A program made the position numbers and the translations under genes. A stretch of 43,577 nt of DNA from positions 1-43,577 of IMG/VR virus record IMGVR_UViG_3300048060_000004. One strand, given 5' to 3'. A model generated the notes under the pieces. That model was given only the letters and a program-made list of their open reading frames with translations, searched no databases and was not told the DNA's origin. The stretch comes from a virus (Duplodnaviria; Caudoviricetes). This document shows positions 1-7,433 of this stretch, in pieces; within the stretch, counting starts at the first letter, position 1; the number at the start of each line of letters is the position of its first letter.

Positions 1-147
1 AGATTCAAGCTTGGCGATTAGAGACGCATACTCTTTGAGAATATAACCCTCAAAGCTTGGGTTTTCTGCCGCTAGTCGATTGGCTACTGATTGGCCTTGC
101 TTGAGCTGTTCTAGTGCGATCTTTCTGTTTTTCTTTGTGAGCTTCAT
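1..147 (-). CDS. N-terminal 49 codons of a 72-aa early hypothetical protein that continues at 43577..43506
   Basis: ATG at 147, open to base 1 (exactly 49 codons), continues in frame for 23 codons from 43577 to TAA at 43508-43506. Confidence 0.7.
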   Translation of the reverse strand, partial: MKLTKKNRKIALEQLKQGQSVANRLAAENPSFEGYILKEYASLIAKLES

Positions 148-185
148 TGTATTATGTATTTAGTGTTAAATCGGCTCATACCGTG

Positions 186-450
186 GGCAACTGTCTAAGA
201 TCATTCATAGATTCAGGCTGAGTGCAACAACTATTTTCAACTTTCTGCATCTTTTCTCACCAGACAAACCGCACACACTTCTCAACATCTGAGGACACAT
301 TGACAGCTAAATACCCTTATTGAGACTGAATCCCCTAGATGTAGGCATATACCATACAATCGTATGCATTTAGTGGCACCTATTCTCAGCTCATTGAGAA
401 CTACTCGACCAATCCCCCACGCTATCCCCAAATAAGCACGTTTCAGAGCC
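186..450. repeat. 265-bp imperfect direct repeat, copy A (copy B at 43198-43462)
   Basis: Identical blocks 186-207, 232-267, 295-329, 377-397, 430-450 all match at constant offset 43012. Confidence 0.95.
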
Positions 451-809
451 CTATTCACTGCATAACTAAATACCAATAGGTAGTTTATTCCCACCATCAC
501 ACACACTTTAACATATCAGCCTATCATGATACGTTGATATGAGAGGGATGCAGAACGCACCAGGGAACAGGAAGGATACAGAGCAGACTAGGGAATCCAT
601 CACCCTCGCACCAAAACAAAACCACTACACGGGGAGGGGGTTGGAGACGGATGGCAGCTGGCTAGTAGGGATACGTAAACCACCCTCTAAAAAATAGCCA
701 TTCTCATGGGCTTCTGAGACATGTCAAATCTAGGGTATTTCCGCCGTTCGCTCCGCTCACCGACTACAGAAGGTTGCTTATGTCTGGATACAGCTTCGCC
801 TATCAAGGA

Positions 810-893
810 ATAGTATTGTTTATGAGTCCCGAAATGGGACTTTGGGTATGTATATACATAGTATTACTTATGAGTCCCTATTTGGGACTTTGG
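810..893. repeat. Two 36-bp direct repeats, each containing palindrome AGTCCC-N5-GGGACT
   Basis: 810-845 vs 858-893, 31/36 identical. Confidence 0.85.
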
Positions 894-1335
894 CTTCTTC
901 GTGGTATATCCATGAGCGTAGGGCAAAGTCGGAGCGTTTAACTTGGCCTTCTGAGCATAGGTCTACGAGTTCTTGTGCTGACTTCTTGGATTGTTCTGCC
1001 GTCATGCCAGTAGCCTCCTGTATGGCTTCTCTGCACTCCTCAAAGGGGATAGGTGGCTCGTAGCCCTCTGGAGCCTTGTGAACCTTTGGGTAGACCTTGT
1101 GGACTACTCGGCCAGATGGTAGTTTGCGACGGAATAGATATCCAGCTTCCTCTAGCTCCTTCATGGCCTTGAGTATGGACTTGCGCCCCTCCTTGGACTC
1201 TTGGGCGATTCTTGCGGCACAGAAGTCCCAATTTGGCGGCTTGGACTTGATGTATGCCCACAGTCCCTTAGCCTGCATGGATAGGGTTTCGTCCCATAGG
1301 ACGTTGTTTGGAACTTGTGCAAATCCCTTAATCAC
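868..1335 (-). CDS. Winged-helix protein resembling the N-terminus of phage replication initiators
   Basis: GFAQVPNNVLWDETLSMQAKGLWAYI...SILKAMKELEEAGYL pattern. Confidence 0.7.
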   Translation of the reverse strand: MIKGFAQVPNNVLWDETLSMQAKGLWAYIKSKPPNWDFCAARIAQESKEGRKSILKAMKELEEAGYLFRRKLPSGRVVHKVYPKVHKAPEGYEPPIPFEECREAIQEATGMTAEQSKKSAQELVDLCSEGQVKRSDFALRSWIYHEEAKVPNRDS

Positions 1336-1663
1336 AGAGTCCCTCCGATTCTAGGACGTTTTCTACGTCTTTGCCTGCTCCTACGCGCTTATATTCATTG
1401 GCAACTCTCCTAATGGCGGCCTTTGCTTCGCTTGGTGTACAGCTAAACCACTCACCAATAGCTCGACTTTCCTTCAGGTTGGCGTGGGTTAGTTGTTCAA
1501 GCATCTGTGCCCTATATTTGTTTTTGCAGGGATGTTTATAATAAACCTTTAGCTTACGCGGGTTTCCAGTCTGCAAACCTCTCAGCCGACTATTGACATT
1601 GTCAGCCTTTCCTACCTTGCAATATCCAGATGGATCAACGATCACGTATACATAACTTTTCAT
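1328..1663 (-). CDS. GIY-YIG superfamily (T5orf172/MUG113-like) protein
   Basis: YVYVI, KVGKA, RLRGLQTGNP, LEQLTH, GEWF motifs. Confidence 0.85.
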   Translation of the reverse strand: MKSYVYVIVDPSGYCKVGKADNVNSRLRGLQTGNPRKLKVYYKHPCKNKYRAQMLEQLTHANLKESRAIGEWFSCTPSEAKAAIRRVANEYKRVGAGKDVENVLESEGLCD

Positions 1664-1984
1664 AACACAAAAATACCCACCACAACGGAAATTGAGAAAG
1701 GGGCACAGAGAGGCCGAAATCCGAAGGGTGGGTTAAATTGATGTATATTGAACATGATCTCTGTTTGTCAAGCTAGTTTCTCACGCTAACTATTATTCTT
1801 AGATAGAAGCATATTTGCTTCGTATTGTCAAGTATTATACCATAGCACTTCGTTAATCCTTTGCAAATTGACAACTTTATTGTCAACTCTGAATACATAG
1901 CGAAATATACCTGATATTTGGTATAAATAGTTATATTTGCTGAGTTAGCTTGACAAGGTGCTGTAGATGTGCTTAGGTGGGAGC

Positions 1985-2311
1985 ATGAAAAACGAATATA
2001 CACCGAACGTGTGGTGCTTAGTGAAGCATCACGGCGAAACGAAGGTTCTGGGAAGCTGGCGAGGCGGATACCTAGATGGGGACTCATGGAGGCTGAATAG
2101 CGGGATCGTAAGCGTCGAGGACGACGGAGATGCTTGGGTATTCCACGGAAACAGCGGGTCTGCGTATCGCTGCCGCAAGGGTGCGTATGGGTATTCTCCG
2201 TATGCTGCTGCGTCGCTGCCATCAGATGTGGACATAAAGGGGGTTGAATCAACCCTTGAGTTTATCGAGGGGTTGACAAAGCCAGAATCTTCTGATACAG
2301 TGACAACATAA
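1985..2311 (+). CDS. Phage hypothetical protein
   Basis: Open ORF with GGGAG upstream; GSWRGGYLDGDSWRLNSGI motif that I recall from other phage proteins. Confidence 0.7.
   Translation: MKNEYTPNVWCLVKHHGETKVLGSWRGGYLDGDSWRLNSGIVSVEDDGDAWVFHGNSGSAYRCRKGAYGYSPYAAASLPSDVDIKGVESTLEFIEGLTKPESSDTVTT
2273..2301 (+). promoter_or_regulatory. sigma70-type promoter for tRNA/late arm
   Basis: TTGACA-N17-TACAGT with extended -10 TG. Confidence 0.75.
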
Positions 2312-2340
2312 ACTAGGAATTGTCTAGCACAATAAACTAG

Positions 2341-2351
2341 AGTTCTTTGAA
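2341..2351 (+). promoter_or_regulatory. boxA-like antitermination element
   Basis: AGTTCTTTGAA about 40 nt after the -10 box, preceded by a small CTAG..CTAG hairpin. Confidence 0.5.
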
Positions 2352-2354
2352 TTT

Positions 2355-2481
2355 TGCAGATAAAACCTGACGGTCAATCCCATTGAACCGCTGTCGAGGT
2401 GTGGCACTACCGCAATCCTTCGGGGCAAAAGTGCTTTGACTTTGGGAGGTGGATAGTAACCTTCAAGGCGATGGGTCTGCA
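2355..2481 (+). ncRNA. Putative structured RNA upstream of tRNA cluster
   Basis: TGCAGA/TCTGCA closing stem, several inner hairpins including a cUUCGg loop, no credible ORF. Confidence 0.45.
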
Positions 2482-2497
2482 TTATATTTTACTTTAC

Positions 2498-2585
2498 GGA
2501 GGTTACGGTATCTGGGTATACAAGCAGTCTTGAAAACTGTCGGCAGTAGTGATGCTGCGGGGTTCGAATCCTCTAGCCTCCGCCA
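2498..2585 (+). tRNA. tRNA-Ser(TGA)
   Basis: GGAGGTT/AGCCTCC acceptor, anticodon loop CTTGAAA, long variable arm, GTTCGAATC, G73 plus CCA. Confidence 0.9.
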
Positions 2586-2586
2586 T

Positions 2587-2672
2587 AGAGAATACTGAGG
2601 TTGGCTCCTCAAGCTCTTTGCTAAAGAGTAGGTCGTTTAGGCGACGTGGTTCGATGCCACTATTCTCTGCCA
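2587..2672 (+). tRNA. tRNA-Ser(GCT)
   Basis: AGAGAAT/ATTCTCT acceptor, loop TTGCTAA, long variable arm, G73 plus CCA. Confidence 0.85.
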
Positions 2673-2677
2673 TTTTA

Positions 2678-2747
2678 TGCGGGGAGGCGAAGGACGCCAC
2701 AGAGTCTCATAAGCTCTGCTTCGCGGGTTCAATTCCCGCCCCCGCAA
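2678..2747 (+). tRNA. tRNA-Met(CAT) with fMet-like acceptor stem, CCA not encoded
   Basis: TGCGGGG/CCCCGCA-A acceptor, loop CTCATAA, GTTCAATTC T-loop. Confidence 0.8.
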
Positions 2748-2751
2748 CTTT

Positions 2752-2827
2752 GGTCATGTAGCTCAATTGGTAGAGCACCTGTTTTGTAGTCAGGATGTTG
2801 CGGGTTCGATTCCTGTCATGACCTCCA
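2752..2827 (+). tRNA. tRNA-Thr(TGT)
   Basis: GGTCATG/CATGACC acceptor, TAGCTCAATTGGTAGAGC D-arm, loop TTTGTAG, CCA. Confidence 0.9.
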
Positions 2828-3211
2828 TTTTATTATGACAGAAGAAAAACCAATCAAAGAGGTAATCAAGGAAATGCCCATTATCCCGCATACGGAAGGC
2901 GCATCTGAGTGAACCTATACCGAATCACCTACGACAGACCAATGTTCCCGCAAGACGGGACGACACAGACAATCAAGCGAGCCAGAGACGAAGCCAAAGC
3001 CAAGGAATACGCTAAGAAATCAGCCCGTGGCAGCATCCGAGTCCTAGCCGTAGATCAAGTAAGAACTATAGATGAATCTTAATCAAGGACATGGAAGCTG
3101 AATCACTAGACAGACTCTTTGAGGAGATTTACGGCGTCAATCCCGACACATGGGGGAAGGTTCGCCAATACTTAATCAAGACTTGGAACAGGGGCTACCC
3201 GATTGGATATT

Positions 3212-3742
3212 ATGGAAACTGAACTAAGCATTGAGACTGAGCGCACCCTGCGCGAGAAGCTGATCGAGGAGCAGAATGTAGTGCGTCCTGGCCCTAACCT
3301 AGCTCGGCAAGACCCTGAGCGGTGGCTAGACGTGGCATCTGGGCTGGTTCGTGGCGTGTCCATCAAGCACTTCCGCGATAAGTATAGCATGGACTACTAT
3401 ACGATTAAAAAGATTCAGAACTCGGTCTGGCCTAGTATCGAGGAGTTTCGCATCAATCAGGCGAACGAAATCGACGTGAATCTGTCCATGATGGACGAGG
3501 CTATCTCTGGCAAAATGAACAAGGTGCTTGAGAAGGGCGACTTTGATCTGGATGAGGCTAAGTCCATGAAGGAGATGGCAGTGGCTACACAGGCTCTAGG
3601 ACAGCGTAGTAACCGTCTTCGTGGCGAGGCTGATGTCAGGGTCGAACACAAGCAGGTAAAGACACCTGCGGAGTATAAAGCCGAACTAGAGGCAATGTTC
3701 AAGGAGAACGTAATTGAAGCGGAGGTCGTAAATGATTGTTAA
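3212..3742 (+). CDS. Probable terminase small subunit
   Basis: Helical protein with HTH-like segment shortly upstream of terL; positional inference. Confidence 0.5.
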   Translation: METELSIETERTLREKLIEEQNVVRPGPNLARQDPERWLDVASGLVRGVSIKHFRDKYSMDYYTIKKIQNSVWPSIEEFRINQANEIDVNLSMMDEAISGKMNKVLEKGDFDLDEAKSMKEMAVATQALGQRSNRLRGEADVRVEHKQVKTPAEYKAELEAMFKENVIEAEVVNDC

Positions 3743-3941
3743 GGTAATATATTACCCACCCCAATCAAAAATTGGGACTCTATCATTGCTTTCGTTGCGC
3801 TGCGACAACTATACCATATCCGAGGATGGATCATTTAATTTTTGGCTAAATGGTCAGCCAATTATGTTTATGAGCAAGTCATTGGTTGAGGCTATAGTTC
3901 CAGTAGAAATAGATACGTGCCATTTTATGCATGGGCAGTGA
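3732..3941 (+). CDS. Hypothetical protein
   Basis: Overlaps upstream stop, GGAGG RBS. Confidence 0.55.
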   Translation: MIVKVIYYPPQSKIGTLSLLSLRCDNYTISEDGSFNFWLNGQPIMFMSKSLVEAIVPVEIDTCHFMHGQ

Positions 3942-4060
3942 TATGGCGAGATCGTGGAAAGTTAGAAAATGCGAGTGGTGGAAACATCTACGACCATTTA
4001 ACAAGCGCCGAATGGCAAAGAAGGAACGACAATATTCTAAGAAGGAGAAGAGGGAAGATC

Positions 4061-4168
4061 ATGGGTAAAGGATGCCAACCACGCAAGGGACATAATGCTG
4101 CCAAGCAGCGCAAGAACTACGACGAAATCGACTGGTCTAAGCCGAAGGAACCTAAGAAATCTAAGTGA
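4061..4168 (+). CDS. Small basic hypothetical protein (MGKGCQPR...NYDEIDWSK)
   Basis: Purine-rich leader, GTGA overlap with terL start. Confidence 0.55.
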   Translation: MGKGCQPRKGHNAAKQRKNYDEIDWSKPKEPKKSK

Positions 4169-6786
4169 ATAGTTTCAAGCAGACCCCGCACCCCATTCTC
4201 AAGCCTATCCCGCTTGAGGAAATAAAGCGTTACGTTACGGTTAATGGTGAGATTGACGTGGATCGCGTCATGGAGATTCACCAGAAGATTCAGGAGCGCG
4301 AGGAGGTGCTGAAGCAGGCCGAGGAAGACCCGCTTAACCACGGGTTTGACCTTGAGCATTGGAAATATGCTGAGGCGATGCTGAAGCACTACGACTCTCT
4401 GATGTGTCTCGGCGGAAACCGCTGTCTCGGTGGACGTCAGCCAATACATTTGGTGGAAAAAGATCAGCTAGTGAATGTGGAGGATATTGATGGTCCATTT
4501 CAAGTTCGATCTTACGACGAGCGAACAGGTCTAGAAGTAATCCGAACTGCTTCTCATCCATTTCGTAAACCGAATCAGGATATATACCAAGTCCAGACAA
4601 GTGATGGTCAACTTCTTGAAGCGTCACTAAGCCACCGAGTCCTTGCAGATTCCCAATGGCGTTCTGTAGGCGAGTTGTCCGAGACTGTTTGGCCCGACGC
4701 TCATCTGTCCAATGAGGAGGCCGACGATTTTTCTGAGCTTCCGCTATTCGACGGCGACCATCTCCTGACCATTTTGGACATTGACCTTTTAGTGTCTGAC
4801 GAAGGTGTTCGGCGTTTGTTTGAAACAATTCAAGATTCTCAATCGCGTTGTTCTGTTTGTTACCGTCTCGGTGATGGACCACTTCATCGCGTGTTAGGTA
4901 GCGACCAAGATGCTCCTCCATCACCAAGCGATGTTCTAGAACATATGGGGTGTGCTTACGGCGATTCGGATGATCTGGTGAATAAACTTCGATATACCCG
5001 TCTTTATTTACTGTCCGACCGCCCTTCCAGTCTGGATGACCTTCGCCGCTTCTGGGACCTGTCCTCTGACATTTTATCTGATGCTTCTTGCACACCTTGT
5101 ATATCAGCTTCGCAGTTACGCGCTTATCAAGCGTTTCGCGGAGTTGATCCGCGATCCACTGTTGGGTTTTCCCGTCAGTCTCAATCCACTCGCGGATTTG
5201 ATCGACGGGGTATTCGATTTTATTATGTTTCGGCATATGATGGTGGGATTCCTATTGGTGGTTATGACGGTAAGGTAGACTACTTTTGCCCCGTTGTCAA
5301 GTCTGATTACCTCCGAAATGATGTTGTATGGGATTTCGAGGTGGAAGATACTCACACCTATTTCATTGGAAATATCGTAAATCACAACAGCGGAAAGACA
5401 GAATTCGGGGCGAGGGCAGTCGTGAAGGCCGCCATTGAGAATCCAAACTCAATCATTGTCTGCTTCGCTCAGGACGAGGATGCGTCTGTTCGTATTCAGC
5501 AGTCAGCCGTCTACCGAAACCTGCCACCAGACCTAAAGAAGAAGGCTAAGGGGGCTGTAGAGTATGTTAATTACTCAGTCAAGAATGGATTCACTGGCGC
5601 ATCGCTGATCCTGCCGAATGGATCACAGATACTTTTCCACAAATACTCGCAGTTCATCGCCAATCGAGCCAAGTTCGAGGGTCTTGAGCTAGGATCAAAG
5701 GAACCCAAGTGGATTAACATTGGCCTGTGGTTGGACGAATACCTTGAGGATGGCGACTTGGTGGAGACTATGCGCTTCCGCCTTGCTACCCGCAATGCAA
5801 AGATGGTTCTCACCTTCACGCCGATTGACGGATATACGCCATTCGTTGCGTCATACATCAAGGATGTTGAGACTACGAAGACCCGACAAGCCGAACTGCT
5901 TGACAATGAGGAGGTTCCGCTTACGCAGGTCAATGAGAAGAAGAACTGCGGGATTGTTTACTTCCACTCACAGCTTAATCCGTTTGGTGGCTATTCGCGA
6001 ATAGCGAAGGAACTAGCGCACAGCACCCGTGACGAGATTCTGACTCGCGCCTACGGAATTCCAGTGAAGTCCATGACTACGCTGTTCCCGCTATTCAATA
6101 CGAATGTTCACGTTGTCGATCATTTACCCCCTGATTTGAGAGACAAATCCAAATGGACAGTTTACCACGTTGTTGACCCCGCCTCTGCTCGCAACTATGT
6201 TTCCTTGTGGGCTGCGGTGAACGAAAGGCGCGAAGTTGTAGTTCTGCGTGAATGGCCTGACCGTGACACATACGGACCTTGGGCAGAGTTCGGTGATCCG
6301 AGGTGGAAGTTTGGTCCTGCCGCCAAGAAGCTTGGATACAATGTCAAAGGATATGTCGATTTATTCAAAGAAATTGAACATGAGCTTGGCGTTGAGGTGT
6401 TTGAGCGAATTGGAGACTCTAGGTTTTTCGCCGCTGAGAATGAGGACAATGTTGATTTATTTACGGCATTTAGCGAACATGGAATGGAATTTGTTCCATC
6501 TGATGGGCGACATGAGGATATGGGAATATCAAAATTGGATGAATATTTTCACTACAATCCGAATGTCGAGATCGACGAGATAAACAGGCCGCTAATGACC
6601 ATTTACTCAAAGTGCGGAAACAGCATATACGCACTTCAGAATTACGGGCAAAACGGCAAGAAGGATGAACCGCTGAAGGACTTCCCTGACGGGTTCCGAT
6701 ACCTAGTCATGGCAAATGGAGGTGACGGGCCAGAGCATTATTTACCAGAAATGTTTGAACAAAAACAATCGTTTGGAGGATACTAA
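4165..6786 (+). CDS. terL: Terminase large subunit containing an intein (551 aa after splicing)
   Basis: Walker A GGNR|SGKT restored by removing residues 87-408; Walker B LWLDE; LTFTP coupling motif; VVDP RNase H-like nuclease motif. Confidence 0.95.
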   Translation: MNSFKQTPHPILKPIPLEEIKRYVTVNGEIDVDRVMEIHQKIQEREEVLKQAEEDPLNHGFDLEHWKYAEAMLKHYDSLMCLGGNRCLGGRQPIHLVEKDQLVNVEDIDGPFQVRSYDERTGLEVIRTASHPFRKPNQDIYQVQTSDGQLLEASLSHRVLADSQWRSVGELSETVWPDAHLSNEEADDFSELPLFDGDHLLTILDIDLLVSDEGVRRLFETIQDSQSRCSVCYRLGDGPLHRVLGSDQDAPPSPSDVLEHMGCAYGDSDDLVNKLRYTRLYLLSDRPSSLDDLRRFWDLSSDILSDASCTPCISASQLRAYQAFRGVDPRSTVGFSRQSQSTRGFDRRGIRFYYVSAYDGGIPIGGYDGKVDYFCPVVKSDYLRNDVVWDFEVEDTHTYFIGNIVNHNSGKTEFGARAVVKAAIENPNSIIVCFAQDEDASVRIQQSAVYRNLPPDLKKKAKGAVEYVNYSVKNGFTGASLILPNGSQILFHKYSQFIANRAKFEGLELGSKEPKWINIGLWLDEYLEDGDLVETMRFRLATRNAKMVLTFTPIDGYTPFVASYIKDVETTKTRQAELLDNEEVPLTQVNEKKNCGIVYFHSQLNPFGGYSRIAKELAHSTRDEILTRAYGIPVKSMTTLFPLFNTNVHVVDHLPPDLRDKSKWTVYHVVDPASARNYVSLWAAVNERREVVVLREWPDRDTYGPWAEFGDPRWKFGPAAKKLGYNVKGYVDLFKEIEHELGVEVFERIGDSRFFAAENEDNVDLFTAFSEHGMEFVPSDGRHEDMGISKLDEYFHYNPNVEIDEINRPLMTIYSKCGNSIYALQNYGQNGKKDEPLKDFPDGFRYLVMANGGDGPEHYLPEMFEQKQSFGGY
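4334..5236 (-). CDS. HNH homing endonuclease encoded antisense within the intein
   Basis: HPDWKGG, DGYIEV, EHRLVMEEHLGRYL, VHHRDGNKQNNAIENLEL (HNH_3-like), NUMOD3-like HWTDERRAKQS. Confidence 0.9.
   Translation of the reverse strand: MPKHNKIEYPVDQIREWIETDGKTQQWIADQLRETLDKRVTAKLIYKVCKKHQIKCQRTGPRSGEGHPDWKGGRTVNKDGYIEVYSPDHPNRRKHTPYVLEHRLVMEEHLGRYLTRDEVVHHRDGNKQNNAIENLELFQTNAEHLRQTLKGQCPKWSGDGRRRIAEAQKNRRPPHWTDERRAKQSRTTRLQNAIGNLQGLGGLVTLQEVDHHLSGLGIYPDSVYEMDEKQFGLLLDLFARRKIELEMDHQYPPHSLADLFPPNVLADVHRDSGFRRDTSESRSASASPQHISNAQGQTRG
4423..5388 (+). mobile_element. Intein (322 aa) in TerL Walker A
   Basis: Starts CLGG; block B LEASLSHRVL; block F VWDFEVEDTHTYF; ends HN followed by Ser+1. Confidence 0.95.
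5272..5300 (-). promoter_or_regulatory. sigma70-type promoter for the antisense HNH gene
   Basis: Minus strand TTGACA(5300-5295)-N17-TACCTT(5277-5272), 35 nt before ATG 5236. Confidence 0.7.
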
Positions 6787-7205
6787 TGAAGTGTAAAGAT
6801 ATAGCAAATGAATATAACGTAACGGCAATGCAGGTCGGAAGACTGCGAAAGAAATTCTTTCCAGATCATATGGGTGGGGAATTGAGCGATGAAGAGGTAG
6901 AAACGCTGATTGCCTATTTTGAAGATTCTACCGAGATTGACGAGCGAGACTCGATGGAGGAGGCCGTAAAGCCCAGATTCATTGAGGGGTTCGTTAGTTA
7001 TGCACAGAAGGGACGCAGGCTTGTGGAGTGCAAAGTTCGTGGTGCTGGTGGAATTGAAACCGTCCACGCCCTAATTCCGAACGGTCAAGACCCCGTGACA
7101 ATTTTGCGCAAGTCAATTAAACTTGAATATATTGAGAAATCTGATGGAACAAAACGATACCGACACGCCAGCCTCGCAAACTATGCATGGCCTGAAACAT
7201 TCTAA
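6786..7205 (+). CDS. Hypothetical protein with N-terminal HTH
   Basis: KCKDIANEYNVTAMQVGRLRKK; TAATG coupling to terL. Confidence 0.7.
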   Translation: MKCKDIANEYNVTAMQVGRLRKKFFPDHMGGELSDEEVETLIAYFEDSTEIDERDSMEEAVKPRFIEGFVSYAQKGRRLVECKVRGAGGIETVHALIPNGQDPVTILRKSIKLEYIEKSDGTKRYRHASLANYAWPETF

Positions 7206-7425
7206 GTGGGGCGGCGAATTGCCGTATCCCACTCAAACTGAACTCTGCTGCATTCGGGATGATTGGATGTCGTGGGAATTGCTGTCAAGGGGCATTCTGC
7301 TAGGAAGTTTCGGTGGCATGGAGCCGCAGGACATAGCAAATGTTTGCGGGTATCCATGCGGTGCTGGCATTCGCAAAAAGTCCCACAAGGCGATGGAAAA
7401 AATCAAGGCAACGCAAGCCGTATAA
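7183..7425 (+). CDS. Small protein with sigma region 4-like HTH
   Basis: MEPQDIANVCGY...IRKKSHKAMEKIK; start uncertain. Confidence 0.5.
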   Translation: MHGLKHSKWGGELPYPTQTELCCIRDDWMSWELLSRGILLGSFGGMEPQDIANVCGYPCGAGIRKKSHKAMEKIKATQAV

Positions 7426-7426
7426 T
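7407..7426 (+). promoter_or_regulatory. Candidate late promoter 1
   Basis: GGCAACGCAAGCCGTATAAT, identical to 9779-9798. Confidence 0.75.
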
Positions 7427-7433
7427 ATAGCTT

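Noticed and set aside
186-450. Repeat as a direct terminal repeat or assembly overlap
   Set aside because: Copies are diverged and not at the contig ends, and the ends join through an intact ORF
1760-1980. Cluster of TTGACA/TGTCAA hexamers including palindrome 1868-1886
   Set aside because: Likely a divergent promoter region, but no convincing -10 at correct spacing, so no individual promoter is called
2498-2585. TGA-anticodon tRNA as a stop suppressor or sign of recoding
   Set aside because: Anticodon UGA reads UCA (Ser); genes are intact under the standard code
2503-2761. ORFs 2503..2700 and 2549..2761
   Set aside because: They overlap tRNA genes; spurious
4423-5388. Group I intron interpretation of the terL insert
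   Set aside because: Frame stays open and has complete intein motifs (Cys1, block B His, HN/Ser)
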